Origin: Planctomycetota bacterium
GTDB lineage: Bacteria > Planctomycetota > SZUA-567 > H5-PLA8
NCBI GenBank assembly: GCA_038227875.1
Contig: JBBRPR010000005.1
Coordinates: 171,247 to 235,246 of the forward strand
Direction of reading: 5' to 3'
Length of the DNA: 64,000 bases
The translations under genes were made by a program, and so were the position numbers. The notes under the pieces are model-generated. The model made no database searches, was not told the DNA's origin, and saw only the letters and a program-made list of their open reading frames with translations. Positions 55,273 to 64,000 of the stretch are shown piece after piece; the first letter of the stretch is position 1; each line of letters opens with the position of its first letter.

Positions 55273-55977
55273 TTAACACAGCGCGCAGGCGTTCTGCTGC
55301 GCCATGGAAGCTTCGAAGGCGCGAACGTCTGACGTTTTGCGGAATTCCGCGATGTACGAGTACCGGTAGCCGACCGACTCAATCGAAAGCGTTCCCGCTC
55401 CCGCGGCGGAGAGCGCGTGGAGGTGATCCATCAGATCGGGGCGGAATTTCACGTCGAAGAGATCCAGCCAGCGCACCAGCATCGCGCGGAAGACGGCGGG
55501 AAGATCGCGCTGGTCCCAGAAGTCGACGATGTAGAAACTGCCGCCAGGTTTCAGATTCTGCAGCGCGTTGGCGATCGCTTCGCGCCACGTCGGGATCATC
55601 GACAGACCGTACGAACAGAAAACAATGTCGAAGCGCCGGTTCAGGCCAAACGTGCCGTCGAAGGAAACCTGCTCGGCCAGATCCTGCTTTAGCGCGATGC
55701 GCTGGTATGCGGGGTTGGCGTCGATCTTCTCCGACGCGGTCTTGAGCATCTCGAGCGACGCGTCGATGCCGTAGAGCTGCGCGTCAGTACGCATGCGGGC
55801 AAGCATGAACAAATTCCGCGCGGTGCCGCACGCAATTTCGAGCACGCGGTCTTCCGGCTTGACGTTCATGCGGTGGAGCAACCGGTCGCGCCCAATCAAA
55901 TAATACTTCCGGCTGAAGTCGTAAAAATGCCGCTGGTAGCGGTACATCCGGTCCATCTTCTCCGTTTGTTGAAGCAT
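55273..55977 (-). CDS. btaB: SAM-dependent methyltransferase, betaine lipid (DGTS) synthesis
   Basis: 'MDRMYRYQRHFYDFSRKYYLIGRDRL', LEIACGTARN, SYGLSMIP; adjacent to btaA. Confidence 0.88.
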   Translation of the reverse strand: MLQQTEKMDRMYRYQRHFYDFSRKYYLIGRDRLLHRMNVKPEDRVLEIACGTARNLFMLARMRTDAQLYGIDASLEMLKTASEKIDANPAYQRIALKQDLAEQVSFDGTFGLNRRFDIVFCSYGLSMIPTWREAIANALQNLKPGGSFYIVDFWDQRDLPAVFRAMLVRWLDLFDVKFRPDLMDHLHALSAAGAGTLSIESVGYRYSYIAEFRKTSDVRAFEASMAQQNACALC

Positions 55978-55997
55978 CTCACTCCAGCTCCTGAAGT

Positions 55998-56060
55998 TCT
56001 TTGCTGTTCCTTTGCCGTTCTTTGCCGTTCTTTGCGTCTTAGCGGCTTTGCGTGAGAAAA
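55998..56060 (-). repeat. ~9-10-mer (CAAAG-core) tandem repeat between btaA and btaB
   Basis: Minus strand CTCACGCAAAGCCGCTAAGACGCAAAGAACGGCAAAGAACGGCAAAG; related to 1428-1497. Confidence 0.75.
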
Positions 56061-56072
56061 GTCACGCCGTCT

Positions 56073-57326
56073 TCACTCCGGTACATAGTAGAGGTGAAAT
56101 CCGCCGTAGATCGCCGAGCGGTCGAGCTTGTGGAGCTCCTTGGAACGTTCGTGCGCGTAAACGAAGTGTTTGCGCAGACTTTCCGGCAGCGCCGTCTCGA
56201 TTGGCGATTGGATCGCGCCGGTGCGGAAGATGATGCGCGTGCCGGGGCGGCCGGTGCGCGCGATTTCGCGCCAGAGTTCTTCGAGCTGCTCCCGCTCCAT
56301 CCAATCCTGGGCGTCGAGGAAGACGAAGCGGTCGAGGGAATGTTTCGATTGCTGCTTCAAAAACGCGGTGATCGGCGTAACCAGCGTGGTGACGCGGTCG
56401 ACGTTCTCCTTCATCGCCGTGTAGTGTTCGGCTTTCAGATAATCGGGAATGGCGAGGCGCTTGGAGCGGTCGTAGCCGCGCGACAGGGCCTGCCATGCGA
56501 AGTAGTTGTCATCGATGGGAAATTCGCACATCAGGCGCTTCAGGCGTTCGCGGTAGAGGCTGATGACGTCGCCGGTCATGTCCTTGCGCAGCGCTTCGAG
56601 CTGCCGGGGCGGAATACCGAGGCTGAAGAGAATCAGCGGCTGCTTGCCGATCGCCTGGACGATCCGGTTGTCGAGAAACGGCGCGACAGTCGCATTGAAA
56701 ATCTGTTCCTGTTCCTGCAGCGAGCCGGCGGCGAGGAGCTTCGACGGATCGCGGCGGAAGATCCGCGCGAGCTGGTGGCAAAAGCGAAGCAGGTAGCCGA
56801 GCTTCGCGTAGTTGTAGAAATTGTTGGCGAAGTAGTCGATGCGCGGGCCGGTCGTTTTCTTCCGCAGCCATGACCCGCCTTCCCAGAACACCCGCGAGGC
56901 GGCGTCGAGGTGGTGGCAGATGTATTCGTAGTAGTTGCTGAGGTTGGTGTCGGTATCGGCGCAGCCAAAGAAGTTGAAGAAGTCCGTATGCGTCGGCAGC
57001 GACTTTAACGCGGCGAGTTTCAACCGCGTCAGGTAAATGTGGCTGCGATTAATATCCACGGCGAAGATCGCGTCGGGGCGTTTCTGCAGATAGGTCACTG
57101 CATTGCAGCCGCCAGAGGCAATCGTCAGCACGCGGGATTTCGAGTTGAGATCCAGCGCCTCGAGATCGACGCGCGGGTCCTCCCAGATCTGGTTGTAAAC
57201 AAAACTGTCGAACCACACCGTGAACAACCGTTCCATCAAAGTGGTGCGCGATTTCAGGGAACTGGCGTGCACCGCTTCGCGTACCAGCACTGCTTCGTTG
57301 CTGATCACGGTGAATGGTTCCTCCAT
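56073..57326 (-). CDS. btaA: SAM:diacylglycerol 3-amino-3-carboxypropyl transferase (DUF3419)
   Basis: YNQIWEDPRVD, IASGGCN, NYFAWQA, LDAQDWM, DRSAIYGGFH. Confidence 0.92.
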   Translation of the reverse strand: MEEPFTVISNEAVLVREAVHASSLKSRTTLMERLFTVWFDSFVYNQIWEDPRVDLEALDLNSKSRVLTIASGGCNAVTYLQKRPDAIFAVDINRSHIYLTRLKLAALKSLPTHTDFFNFFGCADTDTNLSNYYEYICHHLDAASRVFWEGGSWLRKKTTGPRIDYFANNFYNYAKLGYLLRFCHQLARIFRRDPSKLLAAGSLQEQEQIFNATVAPFLDNRIVQAIGKQPLILFSLGIPPRQLEALRKDMTGDVISLYRERLKRLMCEFPIDDNYFAWQALSRGYDRSKRLAIPDYLKAEHYTAMKENVDRVTTLVTPITAFLKQQSKHSLDRFVFLDAQDWMEREQLEELWREIARTGRPGTRIIFRTGAIQSPIETALPESLRKHFVYAHERSKELHKLDRSAIYGGFHLYYVPE

Positions 57327-57447
57327 TTAGTGGTTGCGCGCGGTGTGTCTACTTCACGGGTTTTGCTTCTGAATCTTTAGGAGTTATCGTCTTCTCGTGT
57401 CGGAATCGGATGAAGCCTGTAATAAGGTTTCGTTAGGGAGAACGGAT

Positions 57448-57948
57448 ATGTCTCAGCAGGCTATACTTCGCGCGGCGACGGAAAAGGACGCGGCGGCGAT
57501 CAATGACATCTACAATTACTACGTCCGCGAGACGACCAGCACGTGGCAGACGGAACCGTCGACATTGCCGGAGCGAATTGCATGGTTGAAAAATCATGGA
57601 CCGCAGATGCCGGTCTTCGTGGCGGAGCTCGACGGCGTGGTCGTGGGCTGGGCGTCGCTCTCGCCGTTCCGGCCGCGCGAGGGCTGGCGCTTCACGGTGG
57701 AGAATTCCGTCTACATTCATCACGCGTACCAGCGCCGCGGCATCGGCGGACTGATGCTGGACCAACTGATCCGCTCGGGCACGGAGCTCGGCTTTCATTC
57801 CATCGTCGCGTCCATCGACGGCGAACAGGCCGGGAGCATCAAGATCCACGAGAAGTACGGCTTCGTTCCTGCCGGTGTGTTGAAGCAGGCCGGGTACAAG
57901 TTCGACCGCTGGCTCGATTCGATCTTCCTCCAGAAATTCCTGAAGTAA
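57448..57948 (+). CDS. GNAT N-acetyltransferase (phosphinothricin acetyltransferase/YncA-like)
   Basis: IYNYYV, TVENSVY, RRGIG, SIKIHEKYGF, GYKFDRWLD. Confidence 0.92.
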   Translation: MSQQAILRAATEKDAAAINDIYNYYVRETTSTWQTEPSTLPERIAWLKNHGPQMPVFVAELDGVVVGWASLSPFRPREGWRFTVENSVYIHHAYQRRGIGGLMLDQLIRSGTELGFHSIVASIDGEQAGSIKIHEKYGFVPAGVLKQAGYKFDRWLDSIFLQKFLK

Positions 57949-57979
57949 GCGCGCGGTGCTCCGGCTATAATCGGCCTCC

Positions 57980-58933
57980 GTGCCTACCGCGTCTCCGAAA
58001 TCACCCATCGCCCCGCCCACCGATCTCGACACGCTGTTGAGCGAAGCGTCCTTCGCCTGCGCGCACGCGGTTCGAACTCGCGTGGCCGGTCCGTGGGTTC
58101 CGACTGCGCACCGGACGCACTGCGACAAAATTTATATCATCCTGGAAGGCCAGGGCATCGCGCGGCTCAATGAGTTCGACTACCACATCGTTCCCGGAGA
58201 CGTCTTCCTGATTCCCGCCGGCACCATCCAGCAGGGCGATAGCGACCGCGACAATCCCCTTATTAAAGACTGGGTCCATTTCCACGCGTCGACCACGCAG
58301 ACGCTGCAGTTGATGAGCCTGTTTCCGCCGCCGTTGTGTCTGAAGGGCAAAAGTGCGGCCACCATCGGCGCGCTGATCCGCGAGCTGATCGTGGAATGGC
58401 AGGGCCACGCGCCGGCGCGTCAACTTGCGATCAAAAGTCTGCTGATGCGCGCGCTGCTGACGGCTTACCGCGCGCCGCAATCCGACTGGCGCAAACCCGA
58501 CGCGGTTCGTGCCGCGCCGCTCACACCGGTCGTGGAAGAGGGCGCGACGCACCGCCTTCCGGTCGACCGCATCCGCATGGTGCTGGCGCTGATGAACCGT
58601 TCGTACAGCGAGCCGCTGAGCCTGACGGAGCTGGCCAAGTGCGCGTGCCTGCACCCGACGTACTTCAACCAGGTCTTCAAACGCGTGGTCGGGATGCCAC
58701 CGATGAAGTTTCTCGAGCAGCAGCGGTTGCGCCGCGCGCAGGAACTGCTGGCCCAGAGCGCGCTGACCGTGGCGGAAATCGCGGAGCAGGTGGGTTATCA
58801 GGACCCCTATTATTTCAGCCGCGCGTTCAGCAAGCGTACGGGGCAGGCGCCCAGCGCCTATCGCGATGAAATCCAGAAAATCGTCAGTTCGCCGGGCGAA
58901 TCCCCTCGTAAAACTAAGAAAGTCCATCCCTAA
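57980..58933 (+). CDS. AraC family transcriptional regulator
   Basis: Cupin N-terminus; 'VAEIAEQVGYQDPYYFSRAFSKRTGQAPSAYR'. Confidence 0.92.
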   Translation: MPTASPKSPIAPPTDLDTLLSEASFACAHAVRTRVAGPWVPTAHRTHCDKIYIILEGQGIARLNEFDYHIVPGDVFLIPAGTIQQGDSDRDNPLIKDWVHFHASTTQTLQLMSLFPPPLCLKGKSAATIGALIRELIVEWQGHAPARQLAIKSLLMRALLTAYRAPQSDWRKPDAVRAAPLTPVVEEGATHRLPVDRIRMVLALMNRSYSEPLSLTELAKCACLHPTYFNQVFKRVVGMPPMKFLEQQRLRRAQELLAQSALTVAEIAEQVGYQDPYYFSRAFSKRTGQAPSAYRDEIQKIVSSPGESPRKTKKVHP

Positions 58934-59033
58934 ACATATACGGGTCCATGGCTACTTCAGGACTTACAGGCTATTTTATCACCATGAATTCCATGCGGGC
59001 GGATGCTCGCGCGACAAACCCGAGAGGAACATC

Positions 59034-60524
59034 ATGGCTGCGCGTAAATTGCTGAACGATGAACAGATGCGGTCCTTCCTGACCCACGGCTTCCTGGTGA
59101 TGAAGTCCGATCTGCCGCGCGAATTCCATCTTGAACTGCGCAAGCAGTGCGACACGGCTGTGGAGAAAGACCACGGCAATCCCGGCAACAATATTCTGCC
59201 GTATGTTCCCGACATCCAGAAAGTCTTCGATTGCCCGACCGTCAGCGGCGCGCTCACCAGCGTGCTGGGCGAGCGGTACTTCATGCACCCCCACCGCCAC
59301 ATGCACGCCAATACGCATTCCAAGGGCGGCGACTGGCACAAGGACAGTTACTGGGGCTACACCAACAAGACGCGCAACCACCGTCCGTGGTGGGTAATGA
59401 TCATGTACTACCCGCAGGACGTGCAGATCGAGAACGGCCCGACGGGCGTGCTGGCCGGCCGCCAGAATCACCAGGACCGCGTCGAACCGGTGGACGACGG
59501 CACGACGGCGGTGACTGGCGAAGCGGGCACGTGCTTCATGATCCAGTACGACATCTGGCACCGCGCCACGCCCAACACGTCGGGCATCAACCGCCAGATG
59601 CTGAAATTCGAATTCATGCGCCTGGAAGCGCCGGAAGCTCCCGCGTGGGATTGCCGCGAGACCGAGTGGCGTCCGTCGCTGGCGCTGCCGCCGTTCCGGC
59701 ACAACGGCATGTGGCGTCAGACCTGGAATTTCCTGAGCGGCAAGAAACGCCCGGCGGATCACACGTCCAAACTTCCCGCGCTCGATGGCAGTGCGGTCAT
59801 GCAGCTGATTGGCGGCGATGGTCCGGCGCGCGCGCAGGCTGCCGACACCTTGGAAGCCTGCGGCCCTGCCGCGGCGGACGCCGTGCGGCCGCTGACGCAG
59901 ATGCTCGGCGATCCGTACGAACCGGCCGCGATTAACGCCGCGTACGCGCTGGCGGCGATCGGCGCGCCCGCGATTCCGGCTCTGCGCGAGGCGATCCGCA
60001 CCGGTTCGCCGAATGCGGTGCGCAATGCCGGCTATGCCTTCGCGGCGATGGGCGGGGAAGCGATTCCCGCGCTGCTGGAACTGGTCAACGATGCATCCGT
60101 ACCTATCCGCTGCGCTGCGACGTTTGGCTTGAGCGAAATTCGCGAATGCGACGGCGACGTGATCGGTGCGCTGGCGCGCTTGACCAAGGACAGTGAAGCG
60201 CGCGTGCGGCTGCATGCCGTCGAAGCGCTGGGCATGAAATCCGGACAGGCGAAGAACGCGCTTCCCGCGCTGATCGACGCGCTGCGCGATGCGGACACCG
60301 ACACACGCTTCAACGCGGCTCTGGCCATGGCGCGCCTGGGACCCGCGGCGAGCGAAGCGGTGCCGGCGCTGGTCGCCGCGCTGGAAGATTCCGACCGCTA
60401 CGTGCGCGGCTACAGCGTCGAAGCGCTGCACCAGATCGGCACGCCGGAAGCTCTGCATGCCGCGATCCGCTTCCTGAAGACGGCGCGGTGGTGTACGTCG
60501 ACGGGGCCGAAGAGCGCGTTCTAG
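59034..60524 (+). CDS. PhyH-family dioxygenase fused to HEAT repeats
   Basis: WHKD, YYPQD, IWHRA; C-terminal 'A.PAL..AL.D....VR..A..AL' repeats. Confidence 0.87.
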   Translation: MAARKLLNDEQMRSFLTHGFLVMKSDLPREFHLELRKQCDTAVEKDHGNPGNNILPYVPDIQKVFDCPTVSGALTSVLGERYFMHPHRHMHANTHSKGGDWHKDSYWGYTNKTRNHRPWWVMIMYYPQDVQIENGPTGVLAGRQNHQDRVEPVDDGTTAVTGEAGTCFMIQYDIWHRATPNTSGINRQMLKFEFMRLEAPEAPAWDCRETEWRPSLALPPFRHNGMWRQTWNFLSGKKRPADHTSKLPALDGSAVMQLIGGDGPARAQAADTLEACGPAAADAVRPLTQMLGDPYEPAAINAAYALAAIGAPAIPALREAIRTGSPNAVRNAGYAFAAMGGEAIPALLELVNDASVPIRCAATFGLSEIRECDGDVIGALARLTKDSEARVRLHAVEALGMKSGQAKNALPALIDALRDADTDTRFNAALAMARLGPAASEAVPALVAALEDSDRYVRGYSVEALHQIGTPEALHAAIRFLKTARWCTSTGPKSAF

Positions 60525-60554
60525 GGAATGTCGAAGGGTGAATGTCGAATGTCG

Positions 60555-60588
60555 AAAAAGCGCGCCGCATATAGCGGCGCGTTTTTTT
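60555..60588. terminator. Bidirectional intrinsic terminator
   Basis: AAAAAG-CGCGCCGC-ATATA-GCGGCGCG-TTTTTTT between convergent genes. Confidence 0.85.
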
Positions 60589-60590
60589 GC

Positions 60591-63182
60591 TTACTTCTTG
60601 AACTTTCCCGACGTCCCGGCTTTGCCGGAATAGGTGGCGGCGACGATGGCCTGGTAGGTCACGCCGCTGAGTTGGATCGTGGCGGTCAGGGTCATGGGGA
60701 GCGCGGTGATCGTGGTTTGAGGGTTGATGCCCCAGGTGCTGGCCCAGGAGCCTTTCAGGAGTTTGGCGGTGAAGGGCACGTTGCCGCTGGCGAAGGACTT
60801 CGATTTGCCTTTGCCGGTCAGCTTGATTTTCAGCGCGACTGAGCCGTTGGCGGACTTGCCTTGACCGCGGGCGTTGAGCGTGAAGGACTGCGTCGCGCCG
60901 CCGACGTTCAGGAGCAAGGTCTGTCCGTTGGGATTGAAGCCGGCTTGAACGGCGGGAAGAATTCCAGTCAGCGCGACGGCGTCGTGGTTCGACGTCTTGA
61001 AGTTGGTGCTGCCTTGCAGTTTGGAGACCGTCATCGTCACAGTCGTTCCACCGGTGCCACCGCCTCCGGTGCCTGTGCCTGTGCCCGTGCCTGTACTGGT
61101 TGACGTGCCCGTTCCTGTCCCGGTACCAGTTCCCGTACCCGTTCCTGTGCCGGTCCCGGTTCCTGTTCCTGTCCCAGTACCGGTTCCTGTGCCTGTTCCT
61201 GTGCCTGTTCCCGTTCCAGTTCCAGTTCCAGTTCCGGTCCCTGTCCCCGTTCCAGTGCCGGTTCCGGTTCCGGTGCCTGTGCTGACGGGGTTGACCTGGA
61301 CACTCACGGTGCCGGTGGCGGTCAAGTTGCCGGGGTCGGAGACGGTGACTTTGGCGGAGAAGGTTCCGGTGCCGGCGTACGCGTGCGTCGGTGTTGCGCC
61401 GGTGCCGGTCAGCCCGTCGCCGAACGTCCAGGCGTAGGTCAGCGTGTCGCCATTCGGATCGGTCGCGGCGGCGATGAAATTCACGGTCTGCCCGACCTGC
61501 GCGGGATTGGGCGTGGCGACGGGCGCGGAGGTCAGGTTCGGCGCCTGATTGCCGGCGGCGGGCGGAATCACGAACAGCGTGATGCTCTGCCCGGGAAGAT
61601 TGCTCGTCGTGGTCAGAGCGCTGGCCGTCACGGTAAACGCGGAGAACGTGCCGATGGCGCTGGCGCCCGCGCTGGAGATCTGCCACGCCGAGGCGGTGCC
61701 TTTGGTGGTGAAGTTCGCGAGGTTCAGCGTCAAGCTCGCCGCGGCGGTCTGCTTGTTGATCACCATCACCGTCAGCGCGCCATCCGAGGAACGGATCGCG
61801 GCGAACGTGGAGAGATTGTCGGGATTGGTGACCGTCGCCTTGCAGCTCGTGTCTCCGAACGTGGACTTCGCGCCGTCGTAGTTGCGGTAGAGCTTCATCG
61901 CGTTGTAGCAGGGCGAGCCGGCCGCCGGCGTCGTCCAGCGCGTCGCCATGTCCAGACCTTCGCGGCCGAAGATGCCGAAAATATCGGCCTGCGCGGTCGC
62001 GCCGTTGATGTGGCCCTCGGCGCCCCAGTTGTATTCGGTGATGGCCGTCTGCGTGCCGGGGTAGTATGTGGCGACCCAGTTTTTCATGCGCGGAATCAAC
62101 ATCACCTTATCGTTGATCCACGACTGGTCGACGTAGGTCGGATCCCAGAGCTGCCGCGTCGACTTGTTGCGCAGCGTCTGCATCGCGGCGCTGGTGTCGT
62201 TGCTGAATTCGCCGCCTTGCGGGTAGCAGTGCAGGCTGAAAATGTCGAGCAACCGCTTACCGGTCGAAACGTTATTGGCGCTCATCTGCTGCAGCAGCCA
62301 GGGCATGTAATCCATGTTGCCGTGCGCGGCGCGATCGGGGAACGAGCTCCAGCCGTTGGCCGCACCGGAGACCTGATCGGCGCCGCTATAAAGGTAGCCG
62401 GTCCAGCCGTACTCTTCGGGTCCGACGCAGAGCGCATTGGCGTCGACGGATTTGATCATCGTGGCGTAGTCGATCATCTTGGTCTTAATTTCATCCATCG
62501 TCGGCCCAGCCGGGTGGACATCGACATGGGTGCTCTGCCAGATGCTGTGTTCGTTGTCGAGAATGTAATAGCGCACGCCGCCGGCCGTGGACGCGCCCCA
62601 CTTGCCGACGAGATGTTGCACGAAGCCTTTCTGAAACGTGGAATCGGCCGCGACGTTGGCGTCCAAAGGATTGTTGCCGGTGATCTGCTTTCCGGTGCTC
62701 TGCGAAATGCCGTTGCCGGCGTCGGGATACCAGGCCGAATCGTTGCCGGTCTGCGCTCCATATTTGGCGATGGAGAAGCTGGCGAGCTTGCTGCGTCCGG
62801 CCCCGAGTTTGGCGACGTAGCCGAGCATCGGCACCGTGATCATCGAATCGGCGCTCGCGCCTTTGCCGATCTGCACAAAGCTGTCGGCGGACGCGCCCGC
62901 CGTGGCGCTGCCTTCGTCGAGACTTTCGTAGTACCAATCCTGCGCGTGGTTGGCGGCGTTCTGCTGCCAGTTGTAGGTGGAGGTGGTGTTGCCGCCGTGG
63001 CGATGGACGGGGCAGTTTAAGTCGGTGAGCGTCGGGCTGTCCGGTGCGAAGGCGGTGCCGTAGATGCGCGGGTCGATGGGATGGCGGTTGGCGTTGGCGT
63101 CGATGGCGACGGTTTCGGCGCGCGCGGTGACTGCGCAGGCCAACGTGATGAGCGCAACCCACAGACGGATGAACTGCTTCAT
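60591..63182 (-). CDS. Secreted GH44 endoglucanase/xyloglucanase with PKD domain, (GT)n linker and uncharacterised C-terminal domain
   Basis: Signal peptide; R.GGN...[36 protein letters not shown] 'WTFGDG'. Confidence 0.92.
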   Translation of the reverse strand: MKQFIRLWVALITLACAVTARAETVAIDANANRHPIDPRIYGTAFAPDSPTLTDLNCPVHRHGGNTTSTYNWQQNAANHAQDWYYESLDEGSATAGASADSFVQIGKGASADSMITVPMLGYVAKLGAGRSKLASFSIAKYGAQTGNDSAWYPDAGNGISQSTGKQITGNNPLDANVAADSTFQKGFVQHLVGKWGASTAGGVRYYILDNEHSIWQSTHVDVHPAGPTMDEIKTKMIDYATMIKSVDANALCVGPEEYGWTGYLYSGADQVSGAANGWSSFPDRAAHGNMDYMPWLLQQMSANNVSTGKRLLDIFSLHCYPQGGEFSNDTSAAMQTLRNKSTRQLWDPTYVDQSWINDKVMLIPRMKNWVATYYPGTQTAITEYNWGAEGHINGATAQADIFGIFGREGLDMATRWTTPAAGSPCYNAMKLYRNYDGAKSTFGDTSCKATVTNPDNLSTFAAIRSSDGALTVMVINKQTAAASLTLNLANFTTKGTASAWQISSAGASAIGTFSAFTVTASALTTTSNLPGQSITLFVIPPAAGNQAPNLTSAPVATPNPAQVGQTVNFIAAATDPNGDTLTYAWTFGDGLTGTGATPTHAYAGTGTFSAKVTVSDPGNLTATGTVSVQVNPVSTGTGTGTGTGTGTGTGTGTGTGTGTGTGTGTGTGTGTGTGTGTGTGTGTGTGTGTGTGTSTSTGTGTGTGTGGGGTGGTTVTMTVSKLQGSTNFKTSNHDAVALTGILPAVQAGFNPNGQTLLLNVGGATQSFTLNARGQGKSANGSVALKIKLTGKGKSKSFASGNVPFTAKLLKGSWASTWGINPQTTITALPMTLTATIQLSGVTYQAIVAATYSGKAGTSGKFKK
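61065..61280 (-). repeat. Coding hexamer repeat encoding a (Gly-Thr)n linker
   Basis: GGNACN repeated with third-position variation. Confidence 0.95.
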
Positions 63183-63347
63183 CGCGCGCCCCCCTTCCTT
63201 TGCGTGCCCGATTTTGCAATGCGGATGCGATGTCCCGTTAGCGAGACATCTCATTAGTGGAACTTACCACCGATTGGGTTTGCGGGAAGGTGGGAAAAAA
63301 CTTCTTAAAGTGCACGAGGGCATGGGGGACGGCGGCTCTTGGCTCTT

Positions 63348-63447
63348 GGGCCTGTCGATTTGCGCGTGCTCCAACCCGCGAGGGGTGGGCCATCCCTCGC
63401 GGGCTTGAGGCACGCGGTTCGTTTTCGGCTAGTCGACCTAATGGCCC
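63348..63447. other. Long imperfect hairpin (~100 nt) upstream of the GH44 gene
   Basis: GGGCC..GTCGA..CGCGTGC..CCCGCGAGGG / CCCTCGCGGG..GCACGCG..TCGAC..GGCCC. Confidence 0.7.
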
Positions 63448-63453
63448 CCGCTT

Positions 63454-64000
63454 TTACCTTCTTCCGGCGACTCCGGCGTAGAAGGGTGCTTTATTGGGCG
63501 GTGGGACATTGGGTTTCTTGGGTGCGGTGGTGAATTTGGCTTCCTTGACCACGATGGGCGGCTCGGTCGTGTCCGGATTTGTCCGGTTTTGGCCGCTTTC
63601 TGATGTGGGCTCTGCGGCGGGCGTAGCGGGTTGGCCGGTCGTGTCCGCTTTTGTCCGGTTTTGGCCGGTTTCTGGAATGGATTCGGCGGGCATGTCCGCT
63701 TTTGGCCGGTCTTGTCCGCTTTCCGCGGTGAGTTCAGCGTTGGCCTGCATCGCGGCTGCTTTGCGCTTGAGCTTGTCGAAGTAGACGAACTCGCGCCACT
63801 TTTCGGCGCTCGCCTGGCGTTCTTGCTGCGCGATCAGTTTCATGCCCAAGACGATCGCTCGTTCGTGCGTTTTTTCGTCGTGGGAGTTGAGCATGTCGAA
63901 GGCTAAATTCATCGCATTTTGGGCGAAGTTGGCTTGTTCGACAGCGGCGATGGCCATCGCGGTCTGCGCCATCGAACGGGCGCCGTCGCGCTGGGTTTCG
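63454..64000 (-). CDS. Hypothetical protein, N-terminus outside the window
   Basis: Frame open to the edge; helical region followed by three (S/T)GQ(N/D)R.(K/N).D repeats. Confidence 0.6.
   Translation of the reverse strand, partial: ETQRDGARSMAQTAMAIAAVEQANFAQNAMNLAFDMLNSHDEKTHERAIVLGMKLIAQQERQASAEKWREFVYFDKLKRKAAAMQANAELTAESGQDRPKADMPAESIPETGQNRTKADTTGQPATPAAEPTSESGQNRTNPDTTEPPIVVKEAKFTTAPKKPNVPPPNKAPFYAGVAGRR

Noticed and set aside
61065..61280. CRISPR or non-coding tandem array
   Set aside because: In-frame Gly-Thr codons with no spacers.

Overview
A GC-rich bacterial chromosomal segment with about 55 genes. It is diderm (waaA, tonB), and its gene style suggests an uncultured Planctomycetota-like lineage (inference only). 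Recognisable loci are waaA, glnD, nrfH-nrfA (with the CXXCH first-heme variant), galT-glgA-GH57-hybrid kinase, btaA-btaB betaine-lipid genes, a DUF4139 pair, an ArsR-SRPBCC-SRPBCC-VOC operon, and two secreted PKD hydrolases (S8 peptidase, GH44). I saw no rRNA, tRNA, CRISPR array, integrase or transposase. Best leads: (1) the two unrelated secreted enzymes share a ~150-aa C-terminal domain, a candidate lineage-specific sorting or anchoring domain; (2) a promoter-to-terminator ~140-nt non-coding unit lies upstream of the S8 gene; (3) nrfHA is bracketed by a decayed duplicate of the neighbouring SGNH gene's 3' end; (4) a two-copy ~140-bp cruciform element has covarying stems and complementary loops; (5) several short-repeat families sit just after stop codons; (6) an internally deleted glycosyltransferase relic follows btaAB. 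All family calls come from motif recognition by eye, not database searches. Some start codons are my best estimates.
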